Source: Bdellovibrionota bacterium FG-1 (GTDB lineage Bacteria > Bdellovibrionota > UBA1018). From it: DNA of 64,000 bases. The notes under the pieces are model-generated. The model was not told where the DNA came from, made no database searches, and saw only the letters and a program-made list of their open reading frames with translations. The DNA is taken from NCBI GenBank assembly GCA_051382295.1, contig JBBCAW010000013.1, positions 32,001-96,000 on the forward strand, written 5' to 3'. Made by a program: the position numbers and the translations under genes. How positions within the stretch are numbered: the first letter of the stretch is position 1; the number at the start of each line of letters is the position of its first letter. Shown one piece after another: positions 1-9,427 of the stretch.

Positions 1-147
1 GCCCCGCACTTCACTCATCATGAACCGTCGCCGCTCGCCGGACTCTGCTTCAGCGATCACCCAACCTCCGGGCCGAGGGGTAAACTTCCAACTTCCTGCC
101 GCCGGAATTTCAACGCGTTTGCCAGAAATTTTAAAATACTCTTTCAT
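1..147 (-). CDS. 5' part of a gene running off the window edge; probable separate BT/biotin-carrier subunit of methylcrotonyl-CoA carboxylase
   Basis: ATG at 147 overlaps the TGA of the biotin carboxylase (ATGA); open frame MKEYFKISGKRVEIPAAGSWKF... to the edge; upstream carboxylase lacks its biotinyl domain. Confidence 0.5.
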   Translation of the reverse strand, partial: MKEYFKISGKRVEIPAAGSWKFTPRPGGWVIAEAESGERRRFMMSEVRG

Positions 148-1616
148 GAACCGCTCCCTAAACTCGGGATCTTCCAGGGTGAAGGAAATCCTGTTTTCCC
201 CGAAGGATCGCGCTCACTCGATCCTGCCGCCCCGCTACGCCCTAAACCCGCTGTCCGTCCCGCTGCAACCAAGGCGAGCTCTCCCGGAGAAGGAATAGGC
301 GCGAAGGAAGCAAACTCGGTCCCCAAAAATCCCGTATGGACACGCCCCTCAATGACCGCAGGGTGATCGGCCATAGCACGCAAATAGCTCTGATTCGTGC
401 CCATTCCCAAAATCACGGTTTCATCCAGCGCAAAGCGCATCCGAGCCAAAGCGTGCTCACGAGTCGGCGCATGAACAATCAGCTTGGCCAACATCGAATC
501 AAAAGAGGTCCCTACCTTTTGGCGTTCCTCGATCCCACTATCGACGCGAATTCCGGGTCCCGTAGGCCACTTGAGTCGCTCGATGGTTCCCGGCGTGGGC
601 ATGAAATCCTGCGAAGGATCTTCGGCGTAAATCCGGACCTCAATCGCATGCCCGCGCACTGCTGGAATTTCTCGCAAAATCGTATCATTAGGCGCCATGG
701 CCTGCGCGAGCTGCGCCCAGACGAGATCAATCCCGGTCACGCACTCCGTGACTGGATGCTCGACCTGAAGTCGTGTATTCATTTCGAGAAAATAAAAGCC
801 ACCCTGTGCATCCACCAAAAACTCTAAAGTTCCGGCACTCCGATATTTCACGGCCTTCAAAAGCCGAAGAGAGGCCTCGAACAAACCTTCGCGCGTTTGA
901 GCGGATAGATGAGGAGCGGTCGCTTCTTCCCATACTTTTTGATGGCGACGCTGAAGCGAACACTCGCGCTCATGTAAATGAATCCCCCCCCCTCGCCCAT
1001 CGCCAAAAACTTGGACCTCAATATGACGCGGCGCAAGCACGAGCCTTTCTAAAAAGAGCGTGCCATCTCCAAATGACGAAATCGCTTCAGCCGACGCACT
1101 CTCGGCAGCGTTCAGCAAATCCTCTTCGCGATCCACCCGCCGCATTCCTTTTCCGCCGCCGCCCGCCGAAGCCTTGAGCAGCAAAGGAAAGCCCACCTTC
1201 CGTGCGGCAATCCGGACGTCATCACCCTTTTCAACCCGAGCCCAGGGGAGCGTCGGCACGCCCGCGCGAGTGGCCAATTCTTTAGCGGCAATCTTACCGC
1301 CCATGGCCTCCATCGTCTCTGAGCGCGGTCCCACAAAAACCAAACCGGCCTTTTCAACGGCTTCTACAAAAGCCGGACGCTCCGACAGAAACCCATAGCC
1401 CGGATGAATGAGTCGCGCGCCCGATCGGCTTGCCGCCCCAACTACCGCTTGAATATCGAGGTAAGATGCCACGGTCTGGACTTCATCGGCATAAGTGAGA
1501 TGGCGAGCTTCTTCATCTCCCGGGGCGACAATCGCGACGGACTTCAAGCCCATTTCACGGCACGTTTGAAAAACCCGGCAGGCTATCTCAGCACGGTTGG
1601 CAACGAGGACTTTCAT
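144..1616 (-). CDS. liuD: Biotin carboxylase subunit of 3-methylcrotonyl-CoA carboxylase (no C-terminal biotinyl domain)
   Basis: KVLVANRAEIA, IHPGYGFLSE, GGGGKGMR, ERECSLQRRHQK, EMNTRLQVEHPVTE motifs; start moved to ATG 1616 (ATGA overlap with upstream gene); liuC/liuB context. Confidence 0.85.
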   Translation of the reverse strand: MKVLVANRAEIACRVFQTCREMGLKSVAIVAPGDEEARHLTYADEVQTVASYLDIQAVVGAASRSGARLIHPGYGFLSERPAFVEAVEKAGLVFVGPRSETMEAMGGKIAAKELATRAGVPTLPWARVEKGDDVRIAARKVGFPLLLKASAGGGGKGMRRVDREEDLLNAAESASAEAISSFGDGTLFLERLVLAPRHIEVQVFGDGRGGGIHLHERECSLQRRHQKVWEEATAPHLSAQTREGLFEASLRLLKAVKYRSAGTLEFLVDAQGGFYFLEMNTRLQVEHPVTECVTGIDLVWAQLAQAMAPNDTILREIPAVRGHAIEVRIYAEDPSQDFMPTPGTIERLKWPTGPGIRVDSGIEERQKVGTSFDSMLAKLIVHAPTREHALARMRFALDETVILGMGTNQSYLRAMADHPAVIEGRVHTGFLGTEFASFAPIPSPGELALVAAGRTAGLGRSGAAGSSERDPSGKTGFPSPWKIPSLGSGS

Positions 1617-2431
1617 GATGGAGTCCCTAGCCAAGAAGGTTTGCGTTTTTCGAGAAAGGCTTTGACCCCTTCTTGGCCCTCTTCTGAAACCCTCAGATCA
1701 GCCAAGGTTTTTGCCACGTACTCCAAACAATCCCCGTTTTTAGCGCGACGCTCAGGCCACGAAAGATCCAAAACTAATTTTTTAGCGACCGCCATCGCAC
1801 CGGGGCCACACTGTAACACATTGACCAGCACTCGTTCGACGGCGGCCGGCAACGCTGCGGGATCAGCGACGACCTCATGAACGAGGCCGATCGATTTAGC
1901 CTTTTCAGCACTAAACCGCTCCGCGCTCATAAAGAGCCCGCGCGCATGTGAAGCGCCGATCTTGGCGATCACAAACGGACCGATGCAAGCCGGTACAATG
2001 CCGAGCCTGACCTCACTCAAACTCAATTGCGTTTCGCTCGAGGCAATCGCGATATCGCAAATACTCACTAACCCCACCCCGCCCCCAATGGCCGCCCCAT
2101 GAATGGCGCCAATCACGGGCTTAGGAAACTCATTGAGCAACGCAAACATCTTGGCCAGTTGACGGGTATCGCGCAAGTTTTCGCTGTAATCAAAGTGGAT
2201 GGCCTTCTTCATCCAGTTCAGATCTCCGCCCGCACAAAAAGCGGCGCCCTCGCCCCGGAGCACCACCACGCGAGTTTCTTTCTCGGTCGCTTGCCGAGTA
2301 AAAACGTCATGGAGTTCGTCGATCACGACGTCATTGAAAGCGTTTCGAACCTCGGGACGATTGAGGGCGACAGTCAACACCCCGCGAGGGTCCCGCGATA
2401 CCTGAAGAGTCTGATAAGGCAATTGAGTCAT
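1613..2431 (-). CDS. liuC: Enoyl-CoA hydratase family, probable methylglutaconyl-CoA hydratase
   Basis: LNRPEVRNAF, FCAGGDL, GAAIGGGVGL, LSEVRLGIVPA crotonase motifs; beside MCC subunits. Confidence 0.85.
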   Translation of the reverse strand: MTQLPYQTLQVSRDPRGVLTVALNRPEVRNAFNDVVIDELHDVFTRQATEKETRVVVLRGEGAAFCAGGDLNWMKKAIHFDYSENLRDTRQLAKMFALLNEFPKPVIGAIHGAAIGGGVGLVSICDIAIASSETQLSLSEVRLGIVPACIGPFVIAKIGASHARGLFMSAERFSAEKAKSIGLVHEVVADPAALPAAVERVLVNVLQCGPGAMAVAKKLVLDLSWPERRAKNGDCLEYVAKTLADLRVSEEGQEGVKAFLEKRKPSWLGTPS

Positions 2432-2483
2432 AGTAAGAGATTTCGTACCTCAATTGTGGGGTTGGGTAGAAACTAAAAATTAC

Positions 2484-2512
2484 TTGTCTTTTCTTATCAA
2501 CTACTATATAAC
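2484..2512 (+). promoter_or_regulatory. Putative sigma70 promoter, leaderless arrangement
   Basis: TTGTCT-N17-TATAAC ending 6 nt before ATG 2519; no Shine-Dalgarno. Confidence 0.5.
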
Positions 2513-2518
2513 CGCCCC

Positions 2519-3334
2519 ATGTTTAGACTTATCCCTATCACGGCCCTCATCCTCTTGATCCTCACAGCCGGATTAGCCATTCAAGCCCACGCCGACCCTA
2601 TCGAAATGATCGAAGTCAAACCAGCCGCAGTCGAAGCCGGTAATGAGCTCTCATGGGGAGAATGCCCCTGCTTTCGGTGGACCATCCAAGTCCAAGCCGC
2701 CTCGGGCAAAATCGAGACCCAGTCTTTTCTGATCTCCTCGGAGGCACTCTTTCAATTTCGTGAAACCAACAGTGCCAATTTCACGCGCCAACAAAGCCAG
2801 CTTTTCAAAGCCGGCGCAATAGAAGCACTTTGGAAACAAGGCCACGTCGGCCTGAGCTTTGATGGAATCACTTGGGGCAATGATCGTGACCGCAGCTACG
2901 CAGATCTTTTGCGAACCGGCCTCTATGGCCTGATTCAAGTAGTTAAAACAGAAGCCGTCAGCCTGAAAATTCGCAGCGGCTATGTCTTTGAATCTGAGCG
3001 TGTCAATTATGGATCTCAGATTCACCGAGGCACGTTCGAACAGGCCGCGATCCTCAATTGGCATTCACGTCTTTGGAGCGGCCAGGTGAGTGCGCATGTC
3101 GGCTTTGATGATGGCCAATTTCTAGCGCCCTCGCAACCCCGCGTTGGAGCCGAAGTATCTACTCGAGTGCGCTTTCTGAAACTCAGAGATCTGGAAGCGG
3201 GTCTTAATTTTTCCACCTCGGTCGAACACGACCCCTTTCGCACAATCATGGGCCTAAACCCCGACAACCTCATCTTGGGCCTGTCGATGGATTTAACGTA
3301 TGACGTACTGGGAGAACCCAATGCGAATCCTTAA
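2519..3334 (+). CDS. Secreted hypothetical protein, possible outer-membrane beta-barrel
   Basis: Signal peptide ending AHA; alternating-hydrophobic beta-strand pattern in the C-terminal two thirds. Confidence 0.55.
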   Translation: MFRLIPITALILLILTAGLAIQAHADPIEMIEVKPAAVEAGNELSWGECPCFRWTIQVQAASGKIETQSFLISSEALFQFRETNSANFTRQQSQLFKAGAIEALWKQGHVGLSFDGITWGNDRDRSYADLLRTGLYGLIQVVKTEAVSLKIRSGYVFESERVNYGSQIHRGTFEQAAILNWHSRLWSGQVSAHVGFDDGQFLAPSQPRVGAEVSTRVRFLKLRDLEAGLNFSTSVEHDPFRTIMGLNPDNLILGLSMDLTYDVLGEPNANP

Positions 3335-4241
3335 TGGGAGCATCCTCCTGAGTGGCGCTTACGCGGCCCTCTTGCTCTCTGGCTGCGTTCAACAAGATTA
3401 TTATTCGCAAGTTCTTCAGGACTGCAATTATCCTGTCAAAAATCTAGGCACCCACATTCCTGACTCAAAACAAACCGAGACCACACTCACTGACGCATGC
3501 AAAACGGCGCTAGAAGCGATCCTTCCCTACGACGACAGCTTTCAAAATGCACCCACGGGCTTCAAAGACAAAGTCACTGAAGCCTTTCAAGCTTTGATCG
3601 CCTATCCGTTACTCATTCCCAAGGAAAACACGCTCCTAGGCGTGGCCCCTGTCCCCGCGGGCGCTATTGACATGGACCTAATCGACCTTTTTAAGGATTA
3701 TTCCAACCCCAACCAGAGCCTTTTTAACTCTGTTTTGAATCAATTTCGAACCATCACCTTTAGCTCAGATACCAGTTTGCACGCCGACGCGGCATGGGGT
3801 CCCGATGCCGACACCCTCTTTATCAATGGGTCTTTGACGATTTATCCGCCGTTTTGGAACCCTAAATCTTTGCCAGAAGCCTTTGTTAACCCCTTTAATC
3901 GAGCTTCCACGCTTGTGCACGAATCACGACATGCCAACCATTTTGATCACATCGCTTGTAACGATCCGAACTCTCCAGGGTTACGTTGCGACTACGACCT
4001 CAAGGGCGCATGGGGGTTTTCGATCACCTATTTGCACTATCTCCTTCAAGGATCACCCGATCTCCCCCCGGCCAACGTGGCCTTTATAGGAGTCACCCTG
4101 GTCGACATCCTGAAACGCCACGTGAACCACCCATTCTCAGAATTGGCTGATATCATTAGCAAAATAACACCCTTGAACGTAACGGCAGATTGGGTCAGAG
4201 AACACGAAGGATTACCGCCGTATACAAAAAATACCGATTGA
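3321..4241 (+). CDS. Lipoprotein with HExxH zinc-metallopeptidase motif
   Basis: GGAG then ATG 3321; lipobox LLLSG-C; motif TLVHESRHANHFDH. Confidence 0.6.
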   Translation: MRILNGSILLSGAYAALLLSGCVQQDYYSQVLQDCNYPVKNLGTHIPDSKQTETTLTDACKTALEAILPYDDSFQNAPTGFKDKVTEAFQALIAYPLLIPKENTLLGVAPVPAGAIDMDLIDLFKDYSNPNQSLFNSVLNQFRTITFSSDTSLHADAAWGPDADTLFINGSLTIYPPFWNPKSLPEAFVNPFNRASTLVHESRHANHFDHIACNDPNSPGLRCDYDLKGAWGFSITYLHYLLQGSPDLPPANVAFIGVTLVDILKRHVNHPFSELADIISKITPLNVTADWVREHEGLPPYTKNTD

Positions 4242-4272
4242 AAACCTCTGCTTTAGTGAGTAGCTGTGGCGT

Positions 4273-5880
4273 ATGCCTATTTTACGCTCCCATATTCAAA
4301 CTCAATCGGCTGAATTTCAGGAAAACACCAAGCACCATCACAAGCTCGCCCAGGAGCTTGAAGACCGCTTGAGCCAAGTCCGACAAGGCGGCGGAGCGGA
4401 CGCAAGAGCTAAACACGAAAAACGAGGCAAACTTTTTGCGCGTGAACGCATTAAGCACCTGCTCGATCCAGGTACGGCGTTTTTGGAAATCGCGCCCCTC
4501 GCCGCTTGGGATTTGTACGAGGGCGCAGCGCCCGGTGCAGGGGTCATCACCGGAATTGGGGTCGTTCACGGACGCGAAATCCTGGTCGTCGCCAATGATG
4601 CCACCGTCAAAGGTGGCACCTACTTTCCGATGACGGTCAAAAAACATTTACGCGCGCAAGAAATCGCCCGCGAAAATCACCTCCCTTGTGTCTACCTCGT
4701 CGACTCGGGTGGCGCGTTTTTGCCGCTGCAAGCCGATGTGTTTCCGGATCGCGATCACTTTGGCCGTATTTTTTACAATCAAGCGCAGATGTCCGCGCTG
4801 GGCATTCCACAAATCTCCGTTGTCATGGGCTCGTGCACTGCGGGCGGTGCTTATGTTCCCGCGATGTCCGATGAGACCGTGATCGTCAAAAACCAGGGCA
4901 CCATTTTCTTGGGCGGACCCCCACTCGTCAAAGCCGCTACCGGCGAAATCGTGACCGCCGAAGAACTCGGAGGAGGGGACACCCATTGCCGAATCTCAGG
5001 CGTGACGGATCATCTGGCGGACAATGACGAACATGCGCTGGAAATCGCCCGCGAGATTCTCTCTCATCTCAATCGCAAACCGCCGACGTTTATCGACCGC
5101 ATTTCACCGGAAGACCCGCTTTACGATCCTGCCGAAATCGCGGGTATTATCCCGACGGATTTACGCAAACCCTTTGATATTCGCGAAATCATCGCACGCA
5201 CGGTGGATGGCTCGCGGTTTCACGAATTCAAGCAGCTTTACGGCACGACACTGGTTTGCGGGTTTGCCCACATCTTTGGTTACCCGATTGGCATTGTGGG
5301 AAATAATGGCATTCTCTTTAGCGAAAGTGCCCAGAAAGCCGCACATTTTGTGGAACTTTGCGGGCAACGAAAAATTCCACTTCTTTTTCTTCAAAATATC
5401 ACGGGTTTTATGGTCGGAAAGAAATACGAAGCCGGCGGAATTGCCAAAGACGGCGCAAAAATGGTGACGGCGGTTTCGACGGTGCAGGTCCCTAAGTTCA
5501 CGATGATCGTGGGCGGAAGTTTTGGGGCGGGCAATTACGGCATGTGTGGCCGCGCTTATCAACCCCGCTTTTTGTGGATGTGGCCCAATGCCCGCATCTC
5601 GGTCATGGGGGGTGAACAAGCGGGTGGAGTGCTCTCGCAAGTCAAAATCGAGCAGCTCGAAGCGCAAGGCAAAAAACTGTCGGCCGTCGACATCGAAAAA
5701 ATCCAAGCGCCGATCCGCGAGCAGTACGAACGAGAGGGAAATCCCTATCATTCGACCGGTCGCCTCTGGGATGACGGCATCATCGCACCGTGGAAAACCC
5801 GCGAAACGTTAGCCTTAGCGCTCGCTGCTTCACTCAATGCGCCGATTCCGGAGACTAAGTACGGCGTCTTTAGAATGTAA
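4273..5880 (+). CDS. liuB: Methylcrotonyl-CoA carboxylase carboxyltransferase (beta) subunit
   Basis: [47 protein letters not shown]-terminal YGVFRM. Confidence 0.93.
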   Translation: MPILRSHIQTQSAEFQENTKHHHKLAQELEDRLSQVRQGGGADARAKHEKRGKLFARERIKHLLDPGTAFLEIAPLAAWDLYEGAAPGAGVITGIGVVHGREILVVANDATVKGGTYFPMTVKKHLRAQEIARENHLPCVYLVDSGGAFLPLQADVFPDRDHFGRIFYNQAQMSALGIPQISVVMGSCTAGGAYVPAMSDETVIVKNQGTIFLGGPPLVKAATGEIVTAEELGGGDTHCRISGVTDHLADNDEHALEIAREILSHLNRKPPTFIDRISPEDPLYDPAEIAGIIPTDLRKPFDIREIIARTVDGSRFHEFKQLYGTTLVCGFAHIFGYPIGIVGNNGILFSESAQKAAHFVELCGQRKIPLLFLQNITGFMVGKKYEAGGIAKDGAKMVTAVSTVQVPKFTMIVGGSFGAGNYGMCGRAYQPRFLWMWPNARISVMGGEQAGGVLSQVKIEQLEAQGKKLSAVDIEKIQAPIREQYEREGNPYHSTGRLWDDGIIAPWKTRETLALALAASLNAPIPETKYGVFRM

Positions 5881-5883
5881 CGT

Positions 5884-7209
5884 TCATTTGGGTTGTGACT
5901 GGGGTAAAGCTGGGTTCAACAAAAACTGTTTCAGAGAAATGGCCTTTGCATTCGGACGATTTTTTGAAAAACATCGAGTCACCAAGATTCCTTTTCCGAA
6001 GCCCTGTTCGATAGACTGAAAATCCCAATCAGAAACCGAGTCCTGAAAATTTACCTCGATCGGAAATCGCATTTTGATCGAACGATCCACCCACAGAAAA
6101 TCGATTTCCTTTCCGGCTTTGCTTTTCCAAGTATAAACTTGCTTGGGAGAGGCTAAGCCTTCCCACAAACGAGGCTCAAGTTCACGAATGAGGGCACTCC
6201 CAACCGAATATTCAGCCAGGGCCTCCGGTAAAGGAGGCTCCCCAACTCTAAGCCAAGAGGCCAAGTAGGCCAAGCTTGGATCCACCCAGTGAAATTTTCG
6301 ATCCTTGCGGGGGGCCACCCGGCCTCGTCCCGTATCAAAGCTCGAAAAAGTCATGAGAAGATAAGAATCACCTAATGCATCCAAATATTTTCGAGCCGTA
6401 TCTCGACTCACGGAAAGATTTTTTGAAAAAGCCTCATAGCTGATCGCATGAGCCCCAACACTGGAGAGTCTGCCGATCACCTCAAGAGCAATATTTCGAT
6501 CTAGCTTTCTTCGATTAAATTCATAAGCAATGATGTCATCGAAAACTTGGGTCGACGGCTCGAGGCGTGAAAGATCTTGTGGATTTTTTAAAAACTCTTC
6601 TACGCGAAAGGGAAATCCTCCTACTTGAAAAAACAGCTCGGGGGACGGTTTAACTCCACAACGAGTGAGTTGATGGGCGAATTCTCGATAATCCATGGGT
6701 AAAAGAATTCGATCGGGTGATTGATAGGTCCCCCGTCTTCCTGCCATTCGTTCGGCACCTTTTTTTAAGTCGTAAGCAGAACTTCCGGTCAAAATCACGG
6801 TGGTGTCTGCCAGACGTCCGGCATCTACCGCCTTCTTGATTACCCTTTGCCAACCGACAACTGAGGTCACCTCATCAATCACTAACAATCGGGGAGCGTG
6901 GTGAGCAAGCACCACATCCAGGTGCGATTCCATCTCAGCCATGTTTTTGATGGTTTCAAGATTGGTCCATACGATGGTTTGAGGATTCCACTTCTTGGAC
7001 TCGATCAACTGAGCAATCAATAATTTCAAACAAACGGTTTTGCCCGCCCGACGTGGGCCTCGAAGAGTGTAAACAGCCGCTGGTTGACAATCGTCCTCTG
7101 AAAATACGAGGGGTCGGTAGAACAAGGACGAGTCTTTGACCCGTTTTAGGTCGACGTCCTGCCAAAGCCCCCCACTCTTCCACCAATCATTATAACTAGT
7201 TAGCCCCAT
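5884..7209 (-). CDS. AAA_14-type ATPase with C-terminal DUF4143-like (PD-(D/E)xK-related) domain
   Basis: Walker A GPRRAGKT, Walker B LLVIDEV, LTGSS, GGFP, central HTH, C-terminal KEIDF...PIEVN. Confidence 0.8.
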   Translation of the reverse strand: MGLTSYNDWWKSGGLWQDVDLKRVKDSSLFYRPLVFSEDDCQPAAVYTLRGPRRAGKTVCLKLLIAQLIESKKWNPQTIVWTNLETIKNMAEMESHLDVVLAHHAPRLLVIDEVTSVVGWQRVIKKAVDAGRLADTTVILTGSSAYDLKKGAERMAGRRGTYQSPDRILLPMDYREFAHQLTRCGVKPSPELFFQVGGFPFRVEEFLKNPQDLSRLEPSTQVFDDIIAYEFNRRKLDRNIALEVIGRLSSVGAHAISYEAFSKNLSVSRDTARKYLDALGDSYLLMTFSSFDTGRGRVAPRKDRKFHWVDPSLAYLASWLRVGEPPLPEALAEYSVGSALIRELEPRLWEGLASPKQVYTWKSKAGKEIDFLWVDRSIKMRFPIEVNFQDSVSDWDFQSIEQGFGKGILVTRCFSKNRPNAKAISLKQFLLNPALPQSQPK

Positions 7210-7270
7210 TTAAACATAATAACATCCCACGTGCGAAAAAGGCATACCTTTTTTACACCTCAACGTGCGT

Positions 7271-9262
7271 TCAAAATGTAACGTTCATATTGCCCATCAC
7301 GCGAGTACCGGCGAGGACATCGCCTTCAAGCGGGATTTCGCCGGTCACGCCGGCCTCAATTTTCGCGCGGGCACTGAGCTGACTGACGACTAAAGTGACA
7401 TCAGCCATCAAAGTAAGAGCAGGATCGACTTTGTAGGTAGCAGAAACGCCGCCATAGGCGGAACTAAACGAGGGACTCCAAACTTTTCCAAATTGTCCGA
7501 TGTTGCGAATGTCTGAAATGCCAAGGGGGTCGAGCTGCACGCCCGCCTTATAAGTCCCGTGGTACTTTCCATCACTCGATCTTTGATTGACTCGAACCTC
7601 AGTCCCTTGCCGCAGGCTAAAACTAGGAGCGATGGCATCCTTCCCATTCATCACCGAAACAATGCCAGCCATCAACGTCGCGGACGAATCAACCTCGACA
7701 GTGACCCCCTTGCCAACCTTGATTGGCGTCGTCGTCAAGTGCTGCTCGGTCTGCAGATAGATCAACCGTGCCAGTTCGTCATTGTCCGTCTGGTAAACCT
7801 GCTTGGGCCGATCTTGAATCCCGGCCACAAGGCCAACTTTGCCCGGAGCACCCGATTGATCCCCCCACTTTGCATCGAGCGCCGTCACCAAATAACGAGA
7901 ACCCACTGCATCCTGTCCCGTTACCAGACGAGCCCCTATCGCTCCATTCTCGCCCGCGCGAGTACCGGCCCCAATCATTGAGCTTGATGCCCGAGCCAGA
8001 GGATCCAAATGGGTAATATTAAAGCTCGCCGCCTCAGCAACAAACTTGCCCATTTCACTCGGTACATCGGTAAGGGAGCGCCCCTCAGGAGTAGAAATAC
8101 GATAATTCATCGTGGCGTCCCAATTACCTTGATGCAAGGCCACGCTCCCATCTTTGTCGCTTACGCCTGCCAGACGCTTGTAATTGAACTGGTAGAGCTG
8201 ATTGGGGCGCACTGGATCTTGAGTGATCACAGTGGTGTGAAGACCCAAACGCGAGGCCCAGGAAATCACAAAGGTATTCTTAAAGCCTCGAGCCTTGAGC
8301 ATCTTGGCTTGAAGAACGGCTATATCGCGACAAACTCCTTCAAAATCTTGAAGGTCACCAGTCGGGTTCGGAAGACCTGAGTGAGCAGCAATCTGTTCAT
8401 CTCCGAGCATCGAATTACGATGGGCCGCGCTCAAAAGCGAATCCCCGCTTACTGCCCCCTGAGCACCGAAAGCCGACGCCGCTCGTTTTTCATCATAATC
8501 ACGCTCAAGGCGATTTGAAACCATTGAAACAAGCCGGAGAAACTGGTCATTAGTGAGGCCATCTTTTTTGGAAGCAACCCAACTCAGTAGGTCCGCCTCA
8601 TTTTTACCGATCGCCATATGGTAGGCCTTCATCAAATTGACTTCAGAAAGGCCAAAATTTTCCGCATTCGAAACACCATAATAATAAGGCAAGGATTTAA
8701 TTAACGCCTGACTCGACTGTTGCCAAAATTTATCATACTTGGCATAACCCTTAGCCGCGCAAGCCTAATTCATGCTTGATGGCACCTTGCCTGGAATTCT
8801 CATCGCATTAACGGTACAACCAGGATTCGCATAACGAAAATTACTCAGATAAAGAGAATCGTGGATCGCCACGAGATCCGGACCGGTATCAAAAACCTGC
8901 CGTTGCGCCCCCTGCGCGATCATTCCTCGAATCACAATATCCGTGAAATTTTTAGGAAGCTTCTCAATCAACCGCTGGCGACATTCCGCAGGGATCAATT
9001 GATTAGCCTGAATCCGCAGGCGCAACGCCTCGAACTTTTCTTGCGAGGCCGCAAAAGCCTTTCCTTCAGTGGAGACCCCAGCAATTCCGACTTCCGCGAC
9101 TTGTGCGGCCAGAGATTGAAATTCGGTAAACGATTGGTATTGATCGCAATTGCACTTTTCATCGGCGAAGCAAGCGCGAGCGGAAATCGCGGATACCGCG
9201 ACCACCGCCATCATTAAAGCCCCCCACCGCTTGAAAAATAGCCTTCCCATACGACATTCCAA
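7271..9262 (-). pseudogene. Secreted transglutaminase-like/beta-barrel protein interrupted by one in-frame TAG (8765-8767)
   Basis: ORFs 8765-9262 and 7271-8692 share a frame; 24 sense codons (ACAAKGYAKYDKFWQQSSQALIKS) link them after the TAG; signal peptide, GVCRDIA...LHTTV motif, beta-strand-rich C-terminus ending in F. Confidence 0.7.
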
Positions 9263-9427
9263 TTATGTCACACAATCTCACAGTGGGTAAGTCCACTTTA
9301 GATTGACCAACCTTTAGACAGTTGCCCATAAAGTGACCCCTAAAATAGCAATCAATATTGTGTAATTATTACCTTTTTACCCTGGTTCAGTTCTTGAAGT
9401 CAGTCCTCTGGAGAGGATGGGTACGCC

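Noticed and set aside
8765..8767. Amber recoding or pyrrolysine readthrough
   Set aside because: TAG terminates intact genes here (e.g. 13482, 23817, 63108) and no pyl genes are present
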